Shown piece by piece: positions 55,334 through 64,000 of a DNA stretch of 64,000 bases (within the stretch, counting starts at the first letter, position 1; every line of letters starts with the position of its first letter). The notes below the pieces were generated by a model. The model was not told the DNA's origin and ran no database searches. It saw nothing but the letters and a program-made list of their open reading frames with translations. The DNA is from Methanobacteriota archaeon (GTDB taxonomy: Archaea > Thermoplasmatota > Thermoplasmata > UBA10834). A program made the position numbers and the translations under genes. The stretch lies in the NCBI GenBank assembly GCA_020347565.1, contig CP070732.1, positions 861,216 through 925,215 on the forward strand, read 5' to 3'.

Positions 55334-55984
55334 ATGAAGAAGATAGTGATCAGATGCCGCCCGCATAAGGAGATCTATGGCCCATACAACGCGGTGCTTG
55401 AGATGCTCGAGTCGTTCGAGATGCTCGACCTTCTGAAAGTGGACTTCGACAAGGGGGAGAAGGTCGGCCTCATAGAGTTGGAGCTCAAGGAAGGCATCGC
55501 TCTGGAGGATCTGCCCTTTCCTGAAGGATATGAGATTCTGAGCATCGTCAGACAGGAAGGCAACAAGTATGTTCTCATAGGCAAGGTGAAATCCCCTGGT
55601 GATATGATACCCATCTACAAGATGTTCGACCTCGACATCGTCTGGGCGCCGCCGATCCGCAAATCCAAGAACGAAGTTGTCATGGGGGCGATAGGCGACG
55701 AGGAGAACCTGAGGAAGTTGCTCCAGGCTATGGGGAGAATCGGCGACGTCATCGATGTCAGCGTAGTCAGCCCCAGCATCGAGCCCTACGACATGCTCTC
55801 GGGGCTAACGCGAAAGCAGAAGGAAGTGATCATAGCCGCGAAGGAGGCCGGGTACTACGACTACCCAAGGAGGATCAACGCTGAGGAGCTTTCCAGGAAG
55901 ATCGGCATAAGCAAGGCCACCACCCTTGAGCATCTCAGGAAGGCGGAGGGACGCCTGCTCTCGACCATCTTGGCAAGCTACTGA
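55334..55984 (+). CDS. HTH_10 (bacterio-opsin activator-type) family transcriptional regulator
   Basis: The C-terminus LTRKQKEVIIAAKEAGYYDYPRRINAEELSRKIGISKATTLEHLRKAEGRLL is the HTH_10/Bat-type helix-turn-helix. An N-terminal sensor-like domain precedes it. Confidence 0.65.
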   Translation: MKKIVIRCRPHKEIYGPYNAVLEMLESFEMLDLLKVDFDKGEKVGLIELELKEGIALEDLPFPEGYEILSIVRQEGNKYVLIGKVKSPGDMIPIYKMFDLDIVWAPPIRKSKNEVVMGAIGDEENLRKLLQAMGRIGDVIDVSVVSPSIEPYDMLSGLTRKQKEVIIAAKEAGYYDYPRRINAEELSRKIGISKATTLEHLRKAEGRLLSTILASY

Positions 55985-56001
55985 TTCGCGATATGTGCCG
56001 T

Positions 56002-56211
56002 TCAATATGTGGCCAACACGGCTCGACAGTCCTTGCACCTGTAGGCGTTGACACACCCTGGGGTATCGAACTTCGTCAATGGCACTCCGCCTGTCGACAC
56101 GAACCTCGGTTTCTGGCCGAACCACTCGAGGCGCGTCATGCCTTTTATCGACGTCGTCCCTGACGCCACGTAACCCCGTTCCATCAGCCCGTCGCAGTAA
56201 GGACACTTCAT
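56002..56211 (-). CDS. Small zinc-ribbon protein (DUF6487-like: MKCPYC...GY...W....C.DC)
   Basis: The 69-aa protein has CPYC and CKDC pairs and genome-typical codon usage. A GAGGAG lies immediately upstream of the ATG. Confidence 0.5.
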   Translation of the reverse strand: MKCPYCDGLMERGYVASGTTSIKGMTRLEWFGQKPRFVSTGGVPLTKFDTPGCVNAYRCKDCRAVLATY

Positions 56212-56562
56212 CTCCTCGCACCTTATACGTCATACCTTCGCTGCGCCGTCAATCCTTCGCCTAGGCCAAGCGCGCGGCGTGAGATGAGTATCCTAAGAAC
56301 GATATCTCCGTTCTCGAGCGAGAGCCTCATGGCGATTGCGTCATCGCAGGAGCGCATCTCTGACGGTATCTCAGGGTGTCTCCCTTTTCGGGCCCACTTT
56401 GTGCCCTCTAGACCCGCTTGTCACAAGTCCCTCGGATGGTGGTCTGCGAACCGGGTCAGCCACGCTCATCGTCAAGCACGCTCTCGGGGGTGAGCAGGTG
56501 CAACATCTACCGGCGACCCGCCTTGGCAGGCAAGCGATTCTTCCGGTTGGACGTGGAGCAAA

Positions 56563-58515
56563 TCACTCTCCGAGCGGACCCTTATCTCTCGTCTCGGTCC
56601 TCTGCCCCTTGGCTCGTCTCCTTCTCAGGAACACAGTAGCAGCGATGGCCGCAGAGACGACGACCACTCCAGCGATTACCGCAGGCCATGGTACATCCGT
56701 GCTCTTAGCCTCCCCTGGAACAAGGTCGAAGTAGAGCGGGTTCCCGGTCCAGAAATTGTCCACGCTCCTCCCGGGATGCGCCTCCCAATCGCCCCATCCG
56801 GTGAATGTGTCGGTCCTCCAGGCATATGTCTGGTCCACATAATTCAGTATGATATAGACGGCGTCGTTGTAGTGGATTCTCTGGCAGTTGTGGACGTACT
56901 CCCTCCGCTTCTCCACGTCGAACTCCTGGACAGATAGCGTGAAGTTCTCCTCGTACGCGGGGTTGTAGTACTTGTTGTCGCTCCAGCCTCCCCATGACAC
57001 CCATGACTGACAGAATAGCATGTACATCGGGTCGATATCCGCGCTCCAGTACCACACCGTTATATCGTACATGTAGCCGTAGGTCAGTGTGCCGAGTGCT
57101 GCTTCGGTCATTATGTCGAAGTAGATGTCCACCCCTATCTTTGCCCACTCGTTCTGCAGAAACATGACGATATCCTTCTCCTCGGGAGCCTCCTGCCTGA
57201 CCCCGACATGGTAGCTCAGGGGTGTACCCTCGTCGATCAAGTTCTGCTGCACTGCGTAGCTATCCGCGGTGCAGACCCTCACATCGGGCGATTCCGGAGT
57301 GTATCTGTATCCGCCAGCCTCGAGCAGTGCAGCGGCGGCGACTAGGTCGTACTCATAGAGCTCCTCTTCCGTGGGCTCGTAGTGCCATTCCTCGTTGACT
57401 GGTGGTATCATCGTCGTTCCTGGCTCTCCATATCCGAGGTAGTAATTGCTGTTGATGTGCTCCAGGTCAGTCGCCATCGTCAAGGCTCGACGAATGACTG
57501 GGTCGAGTCTCGAAGGGTTCGGACCCGCATTGTTCATGTTGAAGTTCGCTTCGCTCCAGTACTGTGTACACTTCGGGCTGTTGTGAGCGACGACGTCTCG
57601 GAGTTGTCCGCTCTCAACCTTGCCTTTGATTGTGTGGTATTCATGTGGGGGGAACTGCGCGACGTCTATGTCACCGTTCTCAAGTGCTATGGCCATGGCC
57701 GTCGCGTCATTGAAGAAGTGCATCTCAAGCCTGTCGAAATGTATCTCGGGATTTCCCTCTTTGTCCATCTGCCAATGGTAGTAGGGGTTCCTCTCGAAAG
57801 TCAAGATGTTGCCGTCTAGGAATTCCTCATAGATGTCTTCAGAAGCCATGAAAGGCCCGGTTCCCACTATGGGAGGGTCGTAACCATGGAACACGCCTTC
57901 CCAGTCGAAAGCGATGTCCGTCGGACTCCATTCCTTTAGCATGTGCTCGGGAAGAATCGGGATGCATATCATACGGGCATATGCCGCGGGCATGGGATCT
58001 TCCGTCGCCCTGTCGAAGTAGTGCACCCTGACGGTGTAGTCGTCTATCTTCTCGGAGTAGTTCATATAGTATGCGTACGGCTGGTACGCCCACATGGTGA
58101 CGTAGTTCTGGCAGTTCAGGTTGAACGTGAAGACGACGTCGTCAGCAGTCAGGCGTTCGCCGTCGTGCCATTTGGCGTTATCCGTGAACTCCATGATCCA
58201 CGCAGAGCCATAGGGCTCGTAGTCCTCGTCAACGTACCAGTCTGTGCAGAGATTGCCTATGATGTTCAGATCCTCGTCGAGACAGTGAGGGGTGTCATAG
58301 ACCAGACCGTAAAAGATGTATGCTGCGTCGACCAAGCCTATGTTCGGGTTCATGCTATCGACCTTCGCCAGAAATCCTATTCTGAGGACGTCGTCTGTCT
58401 CCCCCTCGGCCCCTTCGCTAATCAAGTTCATAACGAAGGCTATCGGCATCACGAGAGCGAAGGATACGACGAGGACTCCATACGCTCTGACTGACTTGCT
58501 GCTTCCGTAGTTCAA
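56563..58515 (-). CDS. ABC transporter substrate-binding protein, family 5 (Opp/Dpp/Nik-like), C-terminally membrane-anchored
   Basis: The ~650-aa protein has a TTG start with a GGGGGTG Shine-Dalgarno. A signal peptide-like N-terminus is present. The family-5 SBP fold signature (…KWHDGERLTADDVVFTF…) is seen. The C-terminal helix VIAGVVVVSAAIAATVFLRRRRAKG is a membrane anchor. No cognate permease or ATPase genes are adjacent. Confidence 0.75.
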   Translation of the reverse strand: MNYGSSKSVRAYGVLVVSFALVMPIAFVMNLISEGAEGETDDVLRIGFLAKVDSMNPNIGLVDAAYIFYGLVYDTPHCLDEDLNIIGNLCTDWYVDEDYEPYGSAWIMEFTDNAKWHDGERLTADDVVFTFNLNCQNYVTMWAYQPYAYYMNYSEKIDDYTVRVHYFDRATEDPMPAAYARMICIPILPEHMLKEWSPTDIAFDWEGVFHGYDPPIVGTGPFMASEDIYEEFLDGNILTFERNPYYHWQMDKEGNPEIHFDRLEMHFFNDATAMAIALENGDIDVAQFPPHEYHTIKGKVESGQLRDVVAHNSPKCTQYWSEANFNMNNAGPNPSRLDPVIRRALTMATDLEHINSNYYLGYGEPGTTMIPPVNEEWHYEPTEEELYEYDLVAAAALLEAGGYRYTPESPDVRVCTADSYAVQQNLIDEGTPLSYHVGVRQEAPEEKDIVMFLQNEWAKIGVDIYFDIMTEAALGTLTYGYMYDITVWYWSADIDPMYMLFCQSWVSWGGWSDNKYYNPAYEENFTLSVQEFDVEKRREYVHNCQRIHYNDAVYIILNYVDQTYAWRTDTFTGWGDWEAHPGRSVDNFWTGNPLYFDLVPGEAKSTDVPWPAVIAGVVVVSAAIAATVFLRRRRAKGQRTETRDKGPLGE

Positions 58516-58976
58516 CTCAAGAGCACCCCCTCAATGACGGATCTTCATCACCAGCTCCAAGGCATTAGGGCTGAGCAACAACGCGATTCCTATTTGCAGT
58601 GGCTCCCCAGACCAACATCGGACTCGCTTGGAGGCCGATGTCCTCTCTCTCCATTCCTCAGACCAATGCTCCGTATCATTCTCATAGAGTGAATACTTTC
58701 CCATGGACGCGTGCGATGCTCCGTCTTCACTCGGCAGTCCTTGTGAGGCGCGGCCTTCGTAACCGACGTCTGCGGCACAAACACGGGCCTTGTCGAACTC
58801 CTTGCGCCTTGCGAAGGGGTTTCCCGCGCAGCGGTCGGCCCGGTTCCATGCGAGACCAGAATCGCAGCTCGCGCAGAGCACCGGCATTCTAGATCGAAGC
58901 GGGTTTCGGTGAGAGGCGTTGCGTCCATTGAAATATCCGTAAGTCATCAGGAGGAAACCGACGTGGAAGTGACAAC

Positions 58977-60005
58977 TTGACGACGCAACCATTCCAGTTG
59001 CTATCGGACAAGTATCTCGAAGGCTTCAGATCCCAGTACTTGCCGCAGATACTTGACATGCTGTTGACCGAGGACGAGGCCGTCCTGCTGGAGAGATTAC
59101 CGGCTTCGGCGGAAGAAGTTGCACAGGTGACGGGACAGGACCCTGCATCAGTCTCGGATACTCTATCTCGCCTATGCGAGACCGGTCTCGTGCTTCGAGA
59201 GGAGGGAGACGGAGAACCGAAGTACGGACTCGACAAGGACATCCTGGATTCTCTGCTTCAGGATAGGAGGATCCGCTCCAGACTGAGCGACCCCGAAGAC
59301 CTTGACAGATTCCTTGGATTGTTCCGAGACCTGTTCGAGAACGAGCTGAAGCATGACGAGAAGTGGTCGAAGGTGATCATTCCTCAGGCTCGAGTGATAC
59401 CTATAGAGCGGACGATCACGATTAAATGGGGAGAGGTGATTCCGCAGGAACGCTTGTCGACTGTACTCGAAGAGGCAAGGGTCATTGCGCGGGCAGAATG
59501 CACGTGCAGGATCATTGAGAAGAACTGCGACCATCCGACCGATGTGTGCATACTGCTCAATGACTTCGCTGAGAACTTCATCGAGAGAGGTGCCGCTATG
59601 AGGATCACTAAGGAGGTGGCAACCGGCATTCTGAAGAGGACGGAGGACCTCGGTCTTGTGCATCAACTTAACAACACGGACTCTGAAGGATACGAGTTCA
59701 TATGCAGCTGCTGCAGCTGCTGCTGCATGGTCCTCAGGGCCATGACGACCCTTGGTAAGGAGGACATCTGCTATCAGAGTCGATACCTCGCGCGCGTGAA
59801 CCATGATGCATGTGCCGCATGCGGCGCGTGCGTCGAGCGGTGTCAGTTCGCAGCGGTCCGCCTCGACAGTGATCATGCGGAGGTGGACGACACAAGATGT
59901 TTCGGATGCGGGCTGTGCGCATCAGGTTGCCCCTCGGAGGCGATTGAGATGGTGTGCATCCGCGAGCCTGGGCACGTGACGGAGAGGCTCCAGATGACAA
60001 TCTGA
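58977..60005 (+). CDS. Winged-helix + Cys-rich + 2x[4Fe-4S] ferredoxin-domain protein (putative redox/metal-sensing regulator)
   Basis: A winged-helix-like segment (…AEEVAQVTGQDPASVSDTLSRLCETGLVLRE…) is followed by the Cys clusters ECTCRIIEKNCDHPTDVC and ICSCCSCCCMV. The C-terminus has two CxxCxxCxxxCP motifs (CAACGACVERC; CFGCGLCASGCP). The TTG start is of low confidence. Confidence 0.5.
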   Translation: MTTQPFQLLSDKYLEGFRSQYLPQILDMLLTEDEAVLLERLPASAEEVAQVTGQDPASVSDTLSRLCETGLVLREEGDGEPKYGLDKDILDSLLQDRRIRSRLSDPEDLDRFLGLFRDLFENELKHDEKWSKVIIPQARVIPIERTITIKWGEVIPQERLSTVLEEARVIARAECTCRIIEKNCDHPTDVCILLNDFAENFIERGAAMRITKEVATGILKRTEDLGLVHQLNNTDSEGYEFICSCCSCCCMVLRAMTTLGKEDICYQSRYLARVNHDACAACGACVERCQFAAVRLDSDHAEVDDTRCFGCGLCASGCPSEAIEMVCIREPGHVTERLQMTI

Positions 60006-60291
60006 AACCTGAATCGAGGCGGCAACATCACTTGAGACTGCCTGCCTTTCGAACGTGCTGCGCCGCCAGAGAGACACTGTGTATGTCGGACCCTGCGTGG
60101 CCCGCCGTCGGAAGACCACGTCACTCTCTGGATCCACAGCGTAGGCGCAGACGCCGAGAGCCTTCGCTCATGTCGAGTGGGTCGAAATCGGAGGATTGAA
60201 AAGGGAATCCCGGCCGTCTCTTAATCGACCGCGTATCGGCCTCGGCAGAAAAGATAATCAGTGGGTCCCTGCCTACCGAGGGACGAGAGAG

Positions 60292-61215
60292 ATGTGCAGG
60301 GATTCTACGTCCGTCGAGGGACGTGAACGGAACGTGCTGTTCTTCACGATGGCACGAAACCATGACGAACTCAACTCTGCAAGGCTGTTTGCGGAGAGCC
60401 TCAGAGAGTTCGGCGGCCAGCTGAACTCGAGTCCGATTTGGCTCTTCGAATACGAGGCCTCAAGCGATGACGACCAGCACCTGGCAGAGCTCGGTGTCGA
60501 CCCAGTCTCTGTCACGGTCCCAGATTCCATGAGAGGCTACGAGCTGGCAGCCAAAGTACACTCCTGCGCCGAGGCAGAGCGACTCGTTCCCCAACACATA
60601 GAATCGCTCGTCTGGATCAGCCCCGACAGCGTTGTCGTGAGCACGCCCGACCTCTACGTTCTAGATGAGAAGCATGATGTGGCGGTAAGACCGGTTCACG
60701 TCAAGAATGTCGGCCTGACCGCCGGTGAGCCCCTCGACGCCTACTGGTCCCGAATACTCGAGACCACCGGTGCGGAGTCCTCTGAGTTCTACGTCGAATC
60801 CTATGTCGACCACCAGCGCCTCAGGGGATACTTCAATTCGCATTCATACTGCGTTAGGCCGTCGCTGGGCCTGTTTCGACGTTGGTCTGAGTGCTTTGAG
60901 AGACTGGTGCATGATGGTGAATTCCAGTCTTCGTCCTGCTCTGATGACCTCAGCAGAATCTTCCTTCATCAAGCAGTGCTCAGCGCCCTCACGCTGTCGA
61001 TGGTGGATCATGATCGAATCAGGATTCTGCCGCCGGCCTATTGTTATCCCTATAACCTTCATTCCTCTGTCGCAGCGGGAGATAGAATCGACGCGCTCAA
61101 TCAGCTGACATCCTTTGTTTACGAGGATCTTTCAATAGACCCGGATCGAGTAGAAGACATCGAAATCAATGAACCACTGAGATCGTGGCTCAAAAACAAG
61201 GTGGGAGGGCTTTGA
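60292..61215 (+). CDS. Hypothetical protein (lower-GC segment)
   Basis: The ORF lies in a ~53% GC region. The ATG at 60292 is directly preceded by GAGAGAG. No family was recognised. Confidence 0.4.
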   Translation: MCRDSTSVEGRERNVLFFTMARNHDELNSARLFAESLREFGGQLNSSPIWLFEYEASSDDDQHLAELGVDPVSVTVPDSMRGYELAAKVHSCAEAERLVPQHIESLVWISPDSVVVSTPDLYVLDEKHDVAVRPVHVKNVGLTAGEPLDAYWSRILETTGAESSEFYVESYVDHQRLRGYFNSHSYCVRPSLGLFRRWSECFERLVHDGEFQSSSCSDDLSRIFLHQAVLSALTLSMVDHDRIRILPPAYCYPYNLHSSVAAGDRIDALNQLTSFVYEDLSIDPDRVEDIEINEPLRSWLKNKVGGL

Positions 61216-61480
61216 ACGTCTGTCTTGCGCTCGTTCGGAAGAGGCTTCGATGAGAGCCTTGGATGTCCCTCAGCGCAGATCACAAGAACTCTGCGGAGTT
61301 GTCTCAGTAATCAGGCACTGCTCACCTAGGCACTGGTCTTCTCACTTGCTTTCGAGGTATGACCTTCTCCACGGGAGCCCGGACCAAACAGTCTTCACCT
61401 CCTCTTGTGACGCCCCGGCTAGAGAGCTCTCTCTTGCCAGAGTGTTGATCTCTCATGGCTCTGGACCAAGGCTCAAGAGG

Positions 61481-61987
61481 TCATTCAAGCATCGGGAACC
61501 GCTTCACAAGGGACTGTTTGGACCACCAGCTTCCAAGCCCAAGCCATCGGCCAGCGCCGATTAACGCGAGCAGTATCAGTGCAAACATATACACGATATG
61601 ATCATCAAGGACTGGGTTGTTCTCCGGTGGAAGCCTAGATGACCACATTAGCAACATCAATGCAGCGCCGGACACGGCGGCCACCCTCATTCCGATGCCA
61701 AGTATGAGTGCAACCCCGAGTCCAAGCAGACCCAGCATGAACAAGGTGTCAACCGCTGCGCTTCCAGCGAGATCCTGATAGAATCCAGCGAGGGGGCCTG
61801 TAGCAGCATAGCTCAGAAAGCCGGATGTCGGAGATCCGCCGTTGATCCACGCACTTTCCGAGGCCGTAGCGTGTCCAAGCCCCAGTAGTTTGTCGAAGAA
61901 AGCCCAGATGAATGTCCATCCGAGGGCGAGCCGCAGAGCTGCCGCCACATATTGCTGCCCGGTATAATCAGGGAATGTAATTCTCAA
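61481..61987 (-). CDS. DoxX-family membrane protein
   Basis: Four TM helices are predicted. The N-terminal LRLALGWTFIWAFFDKLLG pattern is typical of DoxX. A TTG start has a strong AAGGAGGAAAGG Shine-Dalgarno. Confidence 0.5.
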   Translation of the reverse strand: MRITFPDYTGQQYVAAALRLALGWTFIWAFFDKLLGLGHATASESAWINGGSPTSGFLSYAATGPLAGFYQDLAGSAAVDTLFMLGLLGLGVALILGIGMRVAAVSGAALMLLMWSSRLPPENNPVLDDHIVYMFALILLALIGAGRWLGLGSWWSKQSLVKRFPMLE

Positions 61988-62813
61988 GACCTTTCCTCCT
62001 TTGAACGCTCAGACAGGCAATACAGCTCGGGGATATATGAATCTCGGGCCGAACCAGCGATGAAAGGCCGCAGCCGCTTGCCTCTCCCTGGGTTGCCGAC
62101 TCTGACCGTTCTCGTGATGATGGCGTCAGAGTGGCCGCGATGCTTACTCAGTCAGCTAAGAGTGGCACCAGCTATCTCAGCAGAGGACTGTTCTCGAGCA
62201 GATTGGGGAAGATACGCGCCTGAATGCAACGCAATGGCGCATGGCTAATGGTGATATCCAGGAACGGCTGATTGGTGTCTGTGTCATGTCATCAAATTGC
62301 CTCTTGGGCGCAGACCCAAAGGGGCCTCAGAGGAGCTATGACCGCGACCCCTTCAGCCTAACCGACGTCATCTCCGGGTGCACAGACTCTCGCCGACCGT
62401 GAACCGACTGCTCAGGTGGTCGTGCATCTGCTTGAAATCAGCTCTCGGCCTGTCCAGACGACAAGGCCGCGGCGTGGACATGATCCTTCGAGTCTACGAT
62501 CCACATGGCGAAGGGCCTGGACCTGAGGGACCTTGAGGTCTTCGACTGCTACCGCCCTTTGAAGTGTCTGCTCTGAGAGAAGAACCGACTGTGCGGGAAT
62601 CCGAAGAGCCCGGCGAGATTCCACGGTCTCATAGGAAGGGTGGACGAGACGAATGAGAGTATCAGAAACTACCCGACCAGGAGGTCAAGAGCCGAATCAA
62701 GGAAGAGGCCCAGATGATCAAGAAGGCCATAGTTATGCCGGGCTCCGCAGCATCGTCATATCTCTTCATAGTCGGCAAAGGGCAAAGGATGCAAGGGTTG
62801 GAGAAGAACTGGG

Positions 62814-62887
62814 AGCGGGCCCGGTGGGATTTGAACCCACGTCGTCGGCTCCGAAGGCCAAAAGGATGTCCGAACTACCCTACGGGC
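62814..62887 (-). tRNA. tRNA-Arg (anticodon TCG)
   Basis: Reverse complement: GGGCCCG-TA-GGGT-AGTTCGGAC-ATCC-TT-TTGGC-CTTCGGA-GCCGA-CGAC-GTGGG-TTCAAAT-CCCAC-CGGGCCC-G. It has a 7-bp acceptor stem, a canonical T-arm (GTGGG/TTCAAAT/CCCAC), and an anticodon loop CT-TCG-GA with U33. The D-arm register is slightly atypical. No encoded CCA. Confidence 0.75.
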
Positions 62888-63175
62888 CCAGAGACGAGAT
62901 TGCCCTGTCGTATATATCCTTTGCAGGCACGGCGGCCAAATGTGATTACATCCGATTCGAACAAGGGCTCCGTACGGCTCACATGTTCGTTTCAACGCCT
63001 GTGATCACACTCACCTGTCAAGCACAATGCTGATTCTCACCCGGGATAATCTGTCCCTTGTTAGGGACAGAAAATAATATATTGCCATCAAGTGAGTCAG
63101 TATAACACCCCCACCAACGCGGAATTGCAGCACTGTCTCACAGTCGATGACACAGATACAGCATAAGCGGTAGAC

Positions 63176-64000
63176 CATGACACCGAGCGGAATGAAGATA
63201 CTGTCGTGCCCAGCCTGCGGATACAGGGTTTCAGGATTAGAGGGAGCTTGCCCCCGCTGCGGGAAGGTGTTCGACAAGGACTCCAAGTTCGAATGTCCGT
63301 TCTGCGGCACCCTTGTCCCAGCGTCCGCCGACTCATGCCCGTCATGCCAGATAGACTACCTCGACTTCTCGAGCAAGGCGGAGAAGAAGCTACTGGACAA
63401 GGCGATGGACAAGATCCTTGAAGAGCTGGATTCTCTGATGGAGCCTGGCGAGGGGGGGCCCGTCTGTCCCAAGTGCAGCTCGCCATTAGACGCCCCAGGC
63501 GTCCGATGTCCTCACTGTGGATTCACCCCGAAAGCGAAGGACAAGCCCTCCGAGGAGATCCCTCCAGAACCTGAGGAGCCGCCAGCCTCCACGGATGCAC
63601 TGTGCCCCATATGCGGGGCGTGGGTGAAATCGGACGACCCATCCTGTCGGGAATGCGGTGCAGAGTTCGTTGCTGACGAAGGAGAAATGGTGGACGACGG
63701 CGAACTGGTCTACTGCCCCGTCTGCGATGAACCAGTGGGGTTCGACGTGACTCTGTGCCCTCACTGTGGCGCCGAGTTCGAAGAGGAGGAGGTACAGGAG
63801 CCTGAAATCGTCGAAGCTCCGCCTCAAGCTGAAAAGGCTCCGAGCCTGACGGCAGACGAAGAGGAGGTCGTCGAGGAGATGGACCTGGTCCCCCCGCCTC
63901 CCACAGACGTGCCAGTACGTCGGAGGACCCCTCCTGCACGACCAAAACCGGCGGAGAAGAGGCCTGGGAAGGCCCCGGCTGTAGTGATCCCTCGCCCCAA
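63176..64000 (+). CDS. Multi-zinc-ribbon protein (at least 5 tandem CPxCG...CxxC ribbons), 3'-partial at window end
   Basis: This ORF is not in the track because it has no stop in the window. The translation is MTPSGMKILSCPACGYRVSGLEGACPRCG...FECPFCGTLVPASADSCPSCQ...VCPKCSSPLDAPGVRCPHCG...LCPICGAWVKSDDPSCRECG...YCPVCDEPVGFDVTLCPHCG..., followed by an acidic/Pro-rich segment. Confidence 0.5.

Noticed and set aside
56212-56562. SRP (7S) RNA or RNase P RNA assignment for the 350-nt non-coding region
   Set aside because: I could not identify the conserved helix-8 GNAR tetraloop/AGCA motifs or the RNase P CR-I/CR-IV motifs by eye. It is kept only as a low-interest candidate and needs an Infernal scan.
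62653-63033. 126-aa plus-strand ORF
   Set aside because: It overlaps the minus-strand tRNA-Arg gene and the gene-poor region. It has no motif. The translation includes the tRNA T-arm read as protein.
63486-63945. Two minus-strand ORFs (113 and 140 aa)
   Set aside because: They are antisense to the multi-zinc-ribbon gene, which shows clear repeated CPxCG motifs. Arg/Pro-rich shadow frames.
1-64000. CRISPR arrays, rRNA genes, transposases/integrases
   Set aside because: No regularly spaced direct repeats were found. No rRNA-like conserved stretches and no transposase/integrase-like ORFs were recognised on reading through the window.

Overview
This window is a high-GC (~62%), gene-dense fragment of what is almost certainly an archaeal chromosome. 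Archaeal markers include the FAICAR synthetase PurP, the rRNA methyltransferase Nep1, RpoK, archaeal uS2, an RPA plus RPA-associated protein pair, a Trm112-like protein, BRE/TATA-type promoters, and surface proteins anchored by a C-terminal TM helix. Genes are tightly packed, with frequent TTG/GTG starts and 4-nt ATGA/GTGA stop-start overlaps.

Main blocks, in order:
- 85-6265: a very large acidic secreted glycoprotein next to a nucleotide-sugar module (WbpA-like 6-dehydrogenase, epimerase/dehydratase, WbpB-like Gfo/Idh/MocA oxidoreductase) and a Trm112-family gene.
- 6867-9281: a translationally coupled PIG-L deacetylase / ATP-grasp / PHP phosphoesterase trio.
- 9406-15716: serA, a GNAT, a class I aminotransferase, a PurM-like protein, and the nep1-purP operon.
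- 15970-22083: an unusual putative biosynthetic cluster. It holds an opine-dehydrogenase-family enzyme, a 552-aa GlmS/GlmE-like protein with a C-x-H-x-x-G variant of the B12 motif, an asparagine-synthetase-like protein whose nucleophilic Cys is replaced by Glu, an EamA exporter, and a KaiC-like pseudo-ATPase.
- 23880-36039: a complete bacterial-type (folate/AcsE) acetyl-CoA synthase / CO dehydrogenase cluster. It contains acsE, a DUF3786-like gene, RACo, two cooC genes, acsC, acsD, a 1378-aa fused AcsA-AcsB protein, and cooT.
- 36094-53654: replication proteins; an operon of a MEMO1-like protein, a DUF2085 membrane protein and two tandem paralogous zinc-ribbon membrane proteins; rps2 and rpoK; aminotransferases; two tandem large surface proteins; and ABC transporter components.
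- 53807-64000: MFS transporter and substrate-binding genes, an HTH regulator, and a winged-helix/[4Fe-4S] protein with a CSCCSCCC motif. A lower-GC, gene-poor segment ends at a tRNA-Arg(TCG). A multi-zinc-ribbon protein runs off the window end.

No CRISPR array, rRNA, transposase or integrase was seen. Many long antisense ORFs in the track are GC-driven shadows and were rejected.
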